Below the pieces are notes generated by a model. The model worked only from the letters and a program-made list of their open reading frames with translations. It made no database searches and was not told the DNA's origin. From positions 6,688,001 through 6,752,000 of the forward strand of contig OY761556.1 of NCBI GenBank assembly GCA_963664705.1: a DNA stretch of 64,000 nt, given 5' to 3'. A program made the translations under genes and the position numbers. Positions 10,137 to 20,138 of this stretch are shown here, piece after piece; position 1 is the stretch's first letter; the number at the start of each line of letters is the position of its first letter. The DNA is from Acidobacteriota bacterium (GTDB lineage: Bacteria; Acidobacteriota; UBA6911).

Positions 10137-11714
10137 ATGCGCATAGTTCTTGCGGGTTTGGTTTTGTTGGCATTGGTTGTCCCGTCGCTTCCTGCCGCCA
10201 TAAAACAACCGGTCAAGGTGGACGGAGGCCTGGTATCCGGAGCGCCCGGCAAGGATCCCTCGGTCACCGCCTTCAAGGGCATCCCCTTTGCCGCGCCGCC
10301 TGCAGGCGCACTGCGCTGGAAAGCTCCCGCTCCGTTGGTCGCATGGAAAGGGATCCGGAAGGCGGACAGCTTCGGGCCCAGCTGCATCCAGACAATTGCA
10401 AAGGAGCGCAAACCCTGGACGTATGAGTTTATGACGCACGGGGAGATCAGCGAGGATTGCCTGTCGCTGAATGTGTGGACTGCGGCGAAATCCGCAGACG
10501 AGAAGCGGCCGGTGTATGTGTATTTCTATGGCGGCGGTTTCAATGAAGGTTCAGGCGCCGTTCCGGTTTATGACGGCGAGGGATTGGCGAGGAAGGGAAT
10601 TGTTGTCGTAACCACGAACTACCGCGTTGGCGTGCTTGGTTTTCTTTCGCATCCGGAGCTTTCGGCGGAAACCTCCCCTAAGGCCTCGGGAAATTACGGT
10701 CTGCTGGACCAGATCGCGGCGCTGCACTGGGTGCAAAACAACATCCGGGCATTTGGCGGCAATCCCGCAAGCGTCACCATCGGAGGGCAATCCGCCGGAG
10801 GCATGTCCGTGCACAGCCTCATCGCTTCGCCCCTGGCCAAAGGGCTCTTCCACCGCGCCATTGTTCAAAGCGGCGGCTCCACCATTGGCGGCGCCGGCAT
10901 TTCCCTGGGAGGCCGAAACCTTGCGGATGCTGAAAAGGATGGATTGAAGTTTGCGGAATCCAAGGGCGCGAAGTCCCTGGCTGAGCTGCGAGCCATGTCT
11001 TGGCAGACACTGACGGCGCCAGCGGGAGCTTCGGCTTCACCCGCCCCGATGCTGCGTTTCTCGCCGATTGTCGACGGATACGTTTTGCCTGCGGCTGCGC
11101 AGCAGGTTGTGATTGAGGGCAAACAAAATGATGTTCCGGTTCTGACGGGGCAAAATACGGGTGAACTCGGCGGGCTTATGGCACCGCAGGCACGCATGAC
11201 TGCCGAGTCTTTTGCCAAGCAGGCACGCCAGCGCTATCGGGATGCGGCCGAGGAGTTTCTGAAGTTGTATCCGGCTGCAACGGACGCTGAAGCGGAGGCC
11301 GCGCAGGCGAAGAGCAGCCGCGATCAGGCGATGGTTGCAATGTATCTCTGGGCGCAGCAGCGGGCAAAGACCGCAAAAACAAAAGCTTTCATTTATCTCT
11401 GGGATCATACGCTGCCGGGACCGGATGCGGCTCAATATGGCGCCTTTCATACCGGTGAAGTGCCCTACGTGATGAATACGCTGTATATGTCCGATCGCCC
11501 CTTTGTGGCTGCCGACCGGAAGATCGCGGAAATGATGTCTTCCTACTGGGCCAATTTTATCGCTGCGGGAGATCCGAATGGAAAAGGTCTGAACCGCTGG
11601 CCCGAAGTTGGGGATAAGAAAGAGGTCATGGAATTGGGCGACGTCACTCAGCCCGTACCGCTGGCGGGAAGCGATGCCCGGTTCGAATTCTTCAAGCGGT
11701 TTCTGACTCGCTAG
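10137..11714 (+). CDS. Type B carboxylesterase family protein, secreted
   Basis: FKGIPFA.PP.G.LRW, SEDCLSLNVW, YGGGF oxyanion hole, GQSAG nucleophile, AFHTGE; GGAGG RBS before ATG 10137. Confidence 0.95.
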   Translation: MRIVLAGLVLLALVVPSLPAAIKQPVKVDGGLVSGAPGKDPSVTAFKGIPFAAPPAGALRWKAPAPLVAWKGIRKADSFGPSCIQTIAKERKPWTYEFMTHGEISEDCLSLNVWTAAKSADEKRPVYVYFYGGGFNEGSGAVPVYDGEGLARKGIVVVTTNYRVGVLGFLSHPELSAETSPKASGNYGLLDQIAALHWVQNNIRAFGGNPASVTIGGQSAGGMSVHSLIASPLAKGLFHRAIVQSGGSTIGGAGISLGGRNLADAEKDGLKFAESKGAKSLAELRAMSWQTLTAPAGASASPAPMLRFSPIVDGYVLPAAAQQVVIEGKQNDVPVLTGQNTGELGGLMAPQARMTAESFAKQARQRYRDAAEEFLKLYPAATDAEAEAAQAKSSRDQAMVAMYLWAQQRAKTAKTKAFIYLWDHTLPGPDAAQYGAFHTGEVPYVMNTLYMSDRPFVAADRKIAEMMSSYWANFIAAGDPNGKGLNRWPEVGDKKEVMELGDVTQPVPLAGSDARFEFFKRFLTR

Positions 11715-11726
11715 GAGACGAAAGTC

Positions 11727-12344
11727 TTGAGTTTACAATCTTCCTGCAAAGTTCTCGCCCTGGATGCAATGGGCGTCATCTACGCTGAAGCCGATGATGG
11801 CCCCAACCTGCTTTATCCCTTTATCGTCCATAAGGGAGGGTGCGGCGATGTGCGGGAAGTCATCCGGCTTTATATTGACGCCAGTGCGGGCAGGATTTCA
11901 TCGTCCGAGTTCTGGCGTTCTGTCGGCCTGGATCCCATGCTGGAGGACGAGTATCTCGAGCAGCACCGGTTGTCGGAAGGGCTGCTCGAGTTTCTCGACA
12001 CCATGGCGGGTAAGAGAATGGATCTGTGGTGCCTTTCCAATGATGTTTCAGAATGGTCAAGAAAGCTGCGTGAAAAATTCAACCTCGGACGCTACTTTCG
12101 AGGGTTTGTCATCAGCGGTGATGTGGGCGTTCAGAAGCCGGATCCCGGTATTTATCGCAGACTGATGGAAAGGACCGGGCGCGGGCCAAACGAAACCGTC
12201 TTTGTCGATGACCGGCTGAGAAACATTGAAGCCGCGGCTATCCTGGGAATGAACGCCATTCTCTTCAAGCCCGCCGCAAAAGAGCTGCAGGGACACTCCT
12301 ATCCTATCGCCTTGAATTTCAGGGAACTCCTCAACTACCTCTAG
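11727..12344 (+). CDS. HAD-superfamily hydrolase
   Basis: LDAMGV motif I, LSND, KPDPGIY, FVDD motif IV. Confidence 0.88.
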   Translation: MSLQSSCKVLALDAMGVIYAEADDGPNLLYPFIVHKGGCGDVREVIRLYIDASAGRISSSEFWRSVGLDPMLEDEYLEQHRLSEGLLEFLDTMAGKRMDLWCLSNDVSEWSRKLREKFNLGRYFRGFVISGDVGVQKPDPGIYRRLMERTGRGPNETVFVDDRLRNIEAAAILGMNAILFKPAAKELQGHSYPIALNFRELLNYL

Positions 12345-12356
12345 CGTTGCGAAAGC

Positions 12357-13619
12357 TTAGGCCGAGATCGCTTCCTTTACATTATCCGGATTTTGGGCGA
12401 GCGCTCCGGTTTTTACCGGGGCTGTTTCCTTCAGGAACAGCGCCAGAAGCGTTCCACCCAGGGCACACACAGCGGCGATTTGAAGCGGGGCAGCCAGCGT
12501 GGTTGCGTCGGCAATCCGGCCCGCGATGAGAGGCGCACAGGAACCGCCGACTACTTCTCCGACTAAAGTAACCAGCCCCATGGCTGTGGCGGTATAGCGT
12601 GCCGGAAGTGTTTCACCCGGGACGACCGCCATGAACAGAGCGAACGCAGCAGTCCCTACCCAGCCCACAACCATCAGCGCGGTCAGGCTTGCCAGGGAGC
12701 CGTGAAAGAACAGTCCGGAAAGCGGCGTGATCAGACTAAGGAGACACGTGCCGATGATGACCGGCTTTCGACCAAGGCGGTCGGAGATGCCGGCTCCAAC
12801 GAAACCAACGATTGCCGCGCAATAGCCGGTGGCACTCATGACATCTCCGGCCTGAACCTTGGTGGTACCACGAACCGTCGTAAGGAAAAGGGTCAGAAAA
12901 TTCTGGTGCAGCATCAGCCACGAGACCATGAGGCATGCAATCAGGCAGCACAGGCGGATGTTGCGCTCTTTAAGCACAAAGGAAACGGCTTCCAGCGTGG
13001 TCGAATTTTTGGAGCTTCCGCCGACAGGCGCGGTAAATTCAGGCTCACGGACCCACCGGAGGATGGCCAGCGCACAGAGTATCCCGGGGATTCCCGAAAT
13101 AAAGAATGCGATGCGCCAGCTGAAAAGTGCGGCAAGCCGAACCAGCACCGAAGGAGCAATGGCTGCTCCAAGGAGCGAAGCGAACAGACTCTGCACGATG
13201 CCGATGTTGAGTCCGCGACGCTTTGGCGAGGATTCTACCGTCAGCAGCGCAACGCAGATCGGCATGAAGGGGCCCTCTGCAATGCCCATCAAAAGCCTCG
13301 ACGCGAGCAGGGTAGGAAATGACCTTGCCAGGCCCGACAGGATCGAGCAGACGGAGAAAACCATCAGGATCCCTACCAGAAAGGGTTTGCGAACTCCGAC
13401 CGCATCGGACCACCGGCCGATGACAAATGCGGATATCGCCCAACTGAGCGCCAGCGCAGATCCGAGCATGCCGACCTGAGTGTTGTTCAGTCCAAGATCC
13501 GGAACAATGAAGGGTGCCAGGTAGTTGATGGCGTTGCGGTCGAGGAAGGCAAACCCAAAGCTCAGGCCAAGGAGGAACAATAAACGGTTTTCGTAAGACC
13601 AGAAACCTTTTAAGGACAA
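12357..13619 (-). CDS. MFS transporter
   Basis: DRNAI, GRWSDAVGVRK and GISDRLGRK motifs; about 12 hydrophobic segments. Confidence 0.93.
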   Translation of the reverse strand: MSLKGFWSYENRLLFLLGLSFGFAFLDRNAINYLAPFIVPDLGLNNTQVGMLGSALALSWAISAFVIGRWSDAVGVRKPFLVGILMVFSVCSILSGLARSFPTLLASRLLMGIAEGPFMPICVALLTVESSPKRRGLNIGIVQSLFASLLGAAIAPSVLVRLAALFSWRIAFFISGIPGILCALAILRWVREPEFTAPVGGSSKNSTTLEAVSFVLKERNIRLCCLIACLMVSWLMLHQNFLTLFLTTVRGTTKVQAGDVMSATGYCAAIVGFVGAGISDRLGRKPVIIGTCLLSLITPLSGLFFHGSLASLTALMVVGWVGTAAFALFMAVVPGETLPARYTATAMGLVTLVGEVVGGSCAPLIAGRIADATTLAAPLQIAAVCALGGTLLALFLKETAPVKTGALAQNPDNVKEAISA

Positions 13620-13810
13620 GCGGCACCCCCGTGCGTAAATCCCGTCGCGGGAACTTCACAAGCAATGCAACTGATCGTGTCTTCTCAACAAGTTGAATCG
13701 GGTGGCGCCATTCTTACGGAGCCGCGGGGAAAAAGCAACACAAACCAAATTGGGTGTACGGCGAGCGCCGCCGTTCCGGCCGCATCGGTGTTGTGGAAGA
13801 CACGGTGTGT

Positions 13811-13846
13811 GGAATTTGGAATCTGGAATCTGGAATTTGCAATTCC
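13811..13846. repeat. Short tandem heptamer repeat (GGAATYT)n
   Basis: ggaattt ggaatct ggaatct ggaattt gcaattc; reverse-complement relatives at ~18372-18393 and ~54932-54946. Confidence 0.6.
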
Positions 13847-13870
13847 GCACGTTCCCAGTCGGCTTCCTTC

Positions 13871-14644
13871 TTACTGACGGGAGGCTGACGCTTCCGATAG
13901 AATCTTTTCGAGCTCGCGGACTCGTTCGGAGATCGGTGGATGAGATGAAAGATACTCTGCCAGCCCTGAGGGATCGGAGCCGACCTGCGCCAGGCGCTGC
14001 AGCGCAGAAACCGAGGCGCGGCTGGCAAATCCCGCGGCCGATGAAAGCCGAAGTGCTTCCCGATCTGCTTCGAGCTCCTGCAGTTGCGAATATCCCTGGC
14101 TCAATACCGTGCGAAGCAACTGGCCGGCTGCCGGGACTCTCGACATTACGGCGTTGAAGAAGGTGTTCGCCGTCATTTGATCTCTTGCGTGTCCTCGCAG
14201 GACATGCCCCATTTCGTGCCCCAGAAAAAAGGCAATCTCATCTCTATCCCGCCCGCACAGATCCAGAAGGGCCGTGGTTATGAAGATAAACCCTCCGGGG
14301 AGGGCAAAGGCGTTGGCTGCAGCGGTTCCGGCGACCTCAATGCGGAAACTGCGGCGCGAATCCTTGACCGCCTGCGCGAGCCTGGCGCCGACGCTATCCA
14401 CGAGCTCCCGGTCGCCGCGAGATGTTTTGCCGGAAAACTGTGCCGCAAAGGCGCGGGCACACTCCGCCCCATATTCGTGCTCGGCCTGTATCGTTTCATC
14501 CTCGGTTCCCGCAAATGAACTCCAGACCCATTTGGCCTGGCGGTACGGTTTTCGGGATTTTCCGCCCAGCCAGCTTCCGAGGCCCGGTAGAATGCCCGGG
14601 TTGAACAGAAGAATCAGGATGATGATAATAATCAGTGCCGGCAA
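13871..14644 (-). CDS. M48 family metallopeptidase
   Basis: NAFALPGG, HEMGH, ELEAD, SSHPP..ER; N-terminal membrane anchor. Confidence 0.93.
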   Translation of the reverse strand: MPALIIIIILILLFNPGILPGLGSWLGGKSRKPYRQAKWVWSSFAGTEDETIQAEHEYGAECARAFAAQFSGKTSRGDRELVDSVGARLAQAVKDSRRSFRIEVAGTAAANAFALPGGFIFITTALLDLCGRDRDEIAFFLGHEMGHVLRGHARDQMTANTFFNAVMSRVPAAGQLLRTVLSQGYSQLQELEADREALRLSSAAGFASRASVSALQRLAQVGSDPSGLAEYLSSHPPISERVRELEKILSEASASRQ

Positions 14645-14818
14645 TGCAGTCCCTCCTCCAAGTCATCCAGAGCAATGAAACAAGCCACAAATTACATGAA
14701 TTCCGCCCAAAGGGGAACCTTGGACTTTTTCTCGCGCAAAATGAGACCTGAACCGCTCTCCCTCATCCAATCAGGAGGATGAAGAGAAGTTAATATCCCG
14801 GTGTTGAGGCGAAACTCT

Positions 14819-16708
14819 ATGACACAGCCCGTGCGCAGGAGCATTGGATTAGCGGTCATGATCGTTTTCGGTTTGCCCTTCGGCAATCCGTTGTTTGCGC
14901 AGTCGGATTCGCCGGCGCCGGCCGCCGCCTCCCTGACAGTCCTTTCGGGCCAGAAGATAATCATGCAGCTCGACACTCCCATGCATAGCCGTACTACCAA
15001 AAAAGGGGAGCGCATTGAGTTCACGGCGGCGGGGGATGTGTATGTCGACAACCAGTTGGCGATTCCGACCAAAAGCCTCATCCGGGGCACCGTCACAAAG
15101 TCGAAGCGCGCCGGCCGTCTCTTTGGGCGCGCGGAAATTCTGTTGCGCTTCGACGATATCAAGCTCGCCGACGGCAGCATTGTTCCCATGAAGGCGACCA
15201 TTACCCGCATCGGATTTGACCCGGTTGATCCCAAGACCGGGGAGGATACAAAAATAAAAGGAGATTCCGGCGGGACCGGCGGCGATGTCAAAACTATTGC
15301 CGGCACGAGTGCGCAGGGTGCCATCATCGGCGTACTGACCGGCGGTCTTCGCGGCGGGATGTACGGGGCGGGGGCAGGCGCTGCGGTTGCAGTTGCGCAG
15401 GCGGCCATGCGTCGCGGGCCGGACATCGATCTGCCGCGCAGCACCATGTTTGAAGCCCGTTTCGATGCACCGCTGAGTGTGTCCGGGACGGCGGTTCTGG
15501 CGGCCCAGAGGCCGATCGTGGTTCCATCGGGAAAGCAGCCCCGGGTTGCCGACAATTCCGGCCGCGAAGATCGGCCGCAAATCGCCGATGTCTCTCCCTC
15601 AACGACGGGCGGTTCTTCCTCCGACGAGGAGTCCGTCACCGCCAGGCGTCCTGTGTTGAAACGACGCAGCGCTTCTCCGGAAGAACCGGCGGTTGCCGAT
15701 GCGACCACGCCGCCTGTGGATTTGCCTTCGGAAATGCCGGATAAACCGCCGGTGGAATCGCGCCGGGTGTCTGTGGAGCCATCCCCCATTGATCCGACGG
15801 TCCCGACCATCAGCGTGAAGGTCCGGATGGTTCAGGTGGATGCGGTTGTTCGGGATCGCAGCGGACGCATGATGGAGAATCTCCGGTCGGAGGATTTCCG
15901 GATTTACGAGGATGGCGTCCTGCAGCAAATTCAAAACTTCTCGCGGGACGAACTCCCGATTGCCGTGGCGCTGGTGGTGGACCGCAGCGGAAGCGTCGCG
16001 CCGTACATCAACGAATTGCGCCGGATAGCCTCCCGTGCGTTGAACCAGCTGAAACGGGGCGATGAGGTGTGTCTTTTCTCGTTTGCGGCCGACGTCGAGC
16101 GGCTGGAGGATTTGACGACCGATCGGCAGCGGGTTGTAAATGCACTCGACCACATTCACGCGAGCGGAGGAACCGATATCACCGGCGCGCTGTATGCGGC
16201 CGTCAAATACCTGTCCCGAAGCGCTTCCGGACGGCGCCATGTTGTCATTCTTATTTCTGACAATCAGCAGACGGTGAATTCCGGAGCCAGCGAATCGGAA
16301 ACCATCAAAAGCGCCATGGAAAGCGAAACGGTTGTATACAGCCTGAAGACCGCCGGAGCGCCGTTTCAAATCGGGTCTCAACTCCCGTCGCTGATCCTCG
16401 GCGGCGGGCCCGTCGGCAAGATCACGCAGGAAACGGGCGGTGAAGTCATCGGCGTGAATGCGATTTCATCTCTCGATACGGCGCTTGGCTCCGTGATTTC
16501 CCGGCTGAGAACGAGATACTCGCTTGGCTACTATCCTTCCGGCACGGCGCAGGGCGGCGCGTTTCACGAAATCAAGGTCCGTCTGGATGACCGCTTTGGC
16601 AAGGCGGGGAGCGACTATTACATGCATGCCAAACGCGGCTATTATGCGACCGGCGGCTCGCAGGATTACGCGGCAGACACAAAATTCCAGATTACCGACA
16701 ACCGGTAA
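14819..16708 (+). CDS. Acidobacterial VWA-domain protein with N-terminal TrbI/VirB10-like beta domain
   Basis: Signal peptide; ...AIPTKSLIRGTV...GRLFGRAEILLRFD, Gly-rich segment, Pro/acidic linker; V.V.MVQVDAVVRD; MIDAS DRSGS, GGTD, ISD, RYSLGYYP. Confidence 0.85.
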   Translation: MTQPVRRSIGLAVMIVFGLPFGNPLFAQSDSPAPAAASLTVLSGQKIIMQLDTPMHSRTTKKGERIEFTAAGDVYVDNQLAIPTKSLIRGTVTKSKRAGRLFGRAEILLRFDDIKLADGSIVPMKATITRIGFDPVDPKTGEDTKIKGDSGGTGGDVKTIAGTSAQGAIIGVLTGGLRGGMYGAGAGAAVAVAQAAMRRGPDIDLPRSTMFEARFDAPLSVSGTAVLAAQRPIVVPSGKQPRVADNSGREDRPQIADVSPSTTGGSSSDEESVTARRPVLKRRSASPEEPAVADATTPPVDLPSEMPDKPPVESRRVSVEPSPIDPTVPTISVKVRMVQVDAVVRDRSGRMMENLRSEDFRIYEDGVLQQIQNFSRDELPIAVALVVDRSGSVAPYINELRRIASRALNQLKRGDEVCLFSFAADVERLEDLTTDRQRVVNALDHIHASGGTDITGALYAAVKYLSRSASGRRHVVILISDNQQTVNSGASESETIKSAMESETVVYSLKTAGAPFQIGSQLPSLILGGGPVGKITQETGGEVIGVNAISSLDTALGSVISRLRTRYSLGYYPSGTAQGGAFHEIKVRLDDRFGKAGSDYYMHAKRGYYATGGSQDYAADTKFQITDNR

Positions 16709-16736
16709 TGCCTGCCGGTTGAGCCCGGGTACGTTC

Positions 16737-17438
16737 CTAGTATTCGAGTTTGCCTTTGTAGGTCATCTTTCTGAGGCTGAATTTTACCGCCAGGTCATTG
16801 CCTTTGATGGTTGCTTTGAACTGCAGTTCCTTGTCCTCCGCCGTTACCAATGGAGTTCCGCCCGGCAGATTTCTCGGAAAATAAAAGAGCGCGCCCAGTT
16901 CATGTTTGTCCGGTGGGATAAAGCGACTCATCCGGACATGTTTGCCGGTGTCGGTGGACAAGGTGGTTGGGGGAGTCATGTCGGCGAAGCGGGAGGGAAG
17001 CCGGTCGTCTTTGAAGAACTCTTTGCCGCCGCGGATCGTCAGGCTGACAACGATGAACCGGGCGTCCAGCTGCGCCATGAATTTGCCCTTTTCCGAAACA
17101 AGATATTTCTGCAGGCGTGCGTTTTCTTTTTCCTCCTTGGTGCCCTGGATTTCCTGCACGCTGATGGTCTGCTCGGAAGATTCCAGCGCGCCCAGTCTCA
17201 GCAATGCTTCCTCCACGGGCTTGGCCGTGAGTAGTCGAACCTGGTAAAAACCGTTGGCGGGTCCGGGGGCAAAGGGAGCGATGCTGCCGGGTTTTGCCCA
17301 TGGGGAGTCGCGGAGCACTTCGTACACGTCGTAAAGAGACCAGCGTGTGTAGGGTTTTTTATCCCATTGTTTCGCGGCGATGGACAGGGCAGGAATAAGA
17401 AGTAATGCCAGGATGCACGCAACGATTCTTTTTCTCAT
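16737..17438 (-). CDS. Hypothetical exported protein
   Basis: Signal peptide; W..KPY..WS...DSPWA start and F.L.KM.YKGKLEY end, a pattern recalled from acidobacterial hypotheticals. Confidence 0.75.
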   Translation of the reverse strand: MRKRIVACILALLLIPALSIAAKQWDKKPYTRWSLYDVYEVLRDSPWAKPGSIAPFAPGPANGFYQVRLLTAKPVEEALLRLGALESSEQTISVQEIQGTKEEKENARLQKYLVSEKGKFMAQLDARFIVVSLTIRGGKEFFKDDRLPSRFADMTPPTTLSTDTGKHVRMSRFIPPDKHELGALFYFPRNLPGGTPLVTAEDKELQFKATIKGNDLAVKFSLRKMTYKGKLEY

Positions 17439-17465
17439 GGGTAGCCCCCACGAATTTTCCGCCTG

Positions 17466-18263
17466 TTATTGGGCCTTCGAAGGAATAACCGCGCCTTTCT
17501 TCGGGAATTCTCCCTTCAGCGCACTTCGAACGATCTGTTTGATGTTCTGGCTGAACTCCCCTTTATCTGCAATCCAGACGAGATAGTCCGCGTCCTTTTC
17601 CGCGATTTCCTGGAGCAATCGGCCGCGATACTTGCCGAAGGTGAACGCCGCATTGGACCCGCTCCATTCGAATTTTCCTTCCGGGTCAACGGATCGGTTG
17701 AACAGGCTGTTCAGGCCCGATGGGTCGCGCGGCAGGTCTTCGTAGCGGATCAACTGGGCGTTGAGGACCTTCCAGGTGGCAATGACGTCATCCAGCGCCG
17801 TGTGTGCGTTTTCGTGGGCTTCATTCAGATAGAACCGGCAGGCAGCTTCGAGCGTCCTGGGTTCCTTCGCGTGGTAGATCTGTTTCGCATCCACAATGGC
17901 CCGGTCGTTGCAGAGGAATGGAATGGAAGCCCGATCGAATTCGCGCTGCAGCATGCGCAGGTCATAGCCTGAAAGATTGAAGCCGGCAAGATCGCACTCA
18001 TTCAGGAAATCGGCGATCTCCTGGGCGACTGCTTTGAAAGGAGGTTCATGCGCCACGTCCTCGTTCCGGATTCCGTGCACGGCGGTTGCTTCCGGAGGGA
18101 TCGGCATTTGCGGGTGGATCCTCCTGACGTACTGGGATGAAGATCCATCCGGGGCAATCCGAAGAATGGCAATTTCGACGATGCGGTCCTGATCCGGCCG
18201 GAGGCCGGTAGTTTCGAGGTCCAGGACCGCCAATGGGCGCTTCAGTTTGATCGACAATTCCAT
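17466..18263 (-). CDS. DEDDh 3'-5' exonuclease (DnaQ-like)
   Basis: DLETTG, VHGI, GFN...YDL, H.ALDD, C-terminal FGKYRG. Start is ATG 18263 or 18269. Confidence 0.92.
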   Translation of the reverse strand: MELSIKLKRPLAVLDLETTGLRPDQDRIVEIAILRIAPDGSSSQYVRRIHPQMPIPPEATAVHGIRNEDVAHEPPFKAVAQEIADFLNECDLAGFNLSGYDLRMLQREFDRASIPFLCNDRAIVDAKQIYHAKEPRTLEAACRFYLNEAHENAHTALDDVIATWKVLNAQLIRYEDLPRDPSGLNSLFNRSVDPEGKFEWSGSNAAFTFGKYRGRLLQEIAEKDADYLVWIADKGEFSQNIKQIVRSALKGEFPKKGAVIPSKAQ

Positions 18264-18476
18264 ATGCATGCCTCGCGTTCTCCCAGGTTCTGTTGAAAAA
18301 GCAGTTTGTCTCATACGCTGTGGTGAACGCAACTGGAATAGCGCCGGAGGTGCCGGCGTCGTCTTTTGCAGGATTTCAGATTCCAAATTCCAGACCACGA
18401 CTGGGGAGGATTTACTGGGAGATGGAAGCAGCCACGCTCTTGTCGGCGAGACGGCCGCGCACGCGGTGATTTATCT

Positions 18477-19076
18477 TCAGTTCGGCTGGCGGGACGACGG
18501 TGCCACGGGAAGCAATTGGAGGTTCTGTTCCCGGGAAAAAACGAGATCCTTCAATTCCTGATCCATATCGGCGTTGATTGCGCGCGAGTGGGGGAGAATG
18601 TAGTCCCTGGTTTCAGAGAGAATTTTATTCACGAAGGTTCGATCGTGGACATATCCAAGGGAGATGAGGTTGCTGATGCGATCGGCCAGCTTCAGAATTT
18701 TTGCGCGTTCGCTGCCGGTTTCCATGATTCGTTTCAGGTATGCGGACTTTGGTTCTTTGACCCCTTCCGTATTGATTCTTCGCGTGAGTTCGAGCATAAG
18801 CTGGTACACCTGCTCGCCGTCGGAGTCGATGGCGGCGATATCCTGATGGCTGATACCGGGCATCCCGAGGGCGTCCTCGGCGAGGTCGTGGATGATGCTT
18901 GTTTTGAGGAGCACGGGGTCGATGATCAGGTAATCCAGGAGGATGGTCAGCGTCATCATCTGGTGGCGGAACATATTTCCGCCGGAGATTCTTGGCACCC
19001 CGATCAAAGCGCGGGCTTTGCCAATGTAGGGAGCCAGTGTCATTTGTGCCAGTTGTTGGATCCAGTCCCCTGTCAT
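18477..19076 (-). CDS. Stand-alone HD-domain hydrolase, Mesh1/small alarmone hydrolase-like
   Basis: R.SGGNMFRH, IIHDLAED (HDxxED), LT, KLADRISNL; GGAGG RBS before ATG 19076. Confidence 0.8.
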   Translation of the reverse strand: MTGDWIQQLAQMTLAPYIGKARALIGVPRISGGNMFRHQMMTLTILLDYLIIDPVLLKTSIIHDLAEDALGMPGISHQDIAAIDSDGEQVYQLMLELTRRINTEGVKEPKSAYLKRIMETGSERAKILKLADRISNLISLGYVHDRTFVNKILSETRDYILPHSRAINADMDQELKDLVFSREQNLQLLPVAPSSRQPN

Positions 19077-19330
19077 CCCGGTTTCCTCCGATTCGATTCG
19101 AAGCGCGCTTCTCTTCCATGCATGACTGCAAAACTCCAAGGCTGGAAAAGTCCGTTCTCCTGGTGCTTGTTTCGATTTCAGGCTGTAAGATGCAGAGTAC
19201 AGGGATCGGACTCCAACATGCAACCGGCATCTTGCGGACATGGAACCGGAGGCGGGTGTGCGCAGCCTCGATCTGTATGGGCTGAGATAATTGGGTGCAA
19301 AGCAAAACCGTGATCCAGGGAATAGGGACA

Positions 19331-19825
19331 ATGATGAAAATTGTCGGAGTGATGGGGCCGGGTGAGGCTGCCACGGAAGATGAGAAGGGTTTGGCATTTG
19401 AGTTGGGGCATGCGCTTGCCCGGCAGGGATGGGTTTTGCTCACGGGCGGGCGCAATGTCGGGGTCATGGATGCGGCGAGCCGGGGAGCGAAATCCGCACA
19501 AGGGCTTGTTGTGGGGATTCTTCCTGGCGCGGATCACGGTGGAATTTCTTCCGCTGTGGACATTCCTATCGTTACTGGGATGGGCGAAGCCAGGGATAAC
19601 ATTAATGTGCTTTCCAGCCAGGTGTTGTTCTTTATCGGGATGAATCCCGGCACCGCCTGCGAACTTGCGCTGGCGATCAAGCATGAGAAGCCGATTATTC
19701 TGGTTCGCCCGGGCGAAGACGTCGCTCGTTTCTACAGATCCATGAGCGGCGGCATACAGGAGGTGGAGGATATCCCCTCTGCCGTAGCGGTCGCCAGTCG
19801 CATTTTGGGCGATATGGAGCCCTAG
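19331..19825 (+). CDS. SLOG/LOG superfamily protein (TIGR00725-like)
   Basis: IVGVMG, LLTGG..GVMDAASRGA, VGILPG, TGMGEARDNI, GTACELALA. Confidence 0.88.
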   Translation: MMKIVGVMGPGEAATEDEKGLAFELGHALARQGWVLLTGGRNVGVMDAASRGAKSAQGLVVGILPGADHGGISSAVDIPIVTGMGEARDNINVLSSQVLFFIGMNPGTACELALAIKHEKPIILVRPGEDVARFYRSMSGGIQEVEDIPSAVAVASRILGDMEP

Positions 19826-19976
19826 CCTGGTGGAATGCGGGAGGACGGGTGTCATTGCGATCGCACTGTATCTCGACCGGGCATTTGGGCCGGATAGATT
19901 ATTTGCCGGCCGAAGATACAAATCGGGTGTTGCGGAGTTGGGAATTATTGGCTATATTATTGCGGCTGTTTGCAAT

Positions 19977-20053
19977 GCGCCCGTAGCTCAGCTGGATAGA
20001 GCGTTTGACTACGAATCAAAAGGTCGCAAGTTCGAGTCTTGCCGGGCGCACCA
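19977..20053 (+). tRNA. tRNA-Arg(ACG)
   Basis: 77 nt; acceptor stem GCGCCCG/CGGGCGC, anticodon arm TTTGA-CT-ACG-AA-TCAAA, GTTCGAG T-loop, encoded CCA. Confidence 0.97.
20007..20051 (+). repeat. att repeat, tRNA-proximal
   Basis: gactacgaatcaaaaggtcgcaagttcgagtcttgccgggcgcac. Confidence 0.93.
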
Positions 20054-20116
20054 CAAATCCTTGATTCTTCTGTAGTTGCCCATCTTCTGAAATCCGTAGT
20101 CCCTGGCCATAAGCAC

Positions 20117-20138
20117 CTTGGGGGTTATTTGGGGGTAA
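20117..20138. promoter_or_regulatory. Putative integrase arm-type site pair
   Basis: cttgggggttatttgggggtaa is identical at 29611-29632 and 31221-31242, with a variant at 31480-31500. Confidence 0.6.

Noticed and set aside
14692-15810. Long antisense ORFs (this 372-aa one, 18366-19313, 55833-56651 and similar)
   Set aside because: They are shadows of well-supported genes on the opposite strand in GC-rich DNA and show no motifs.
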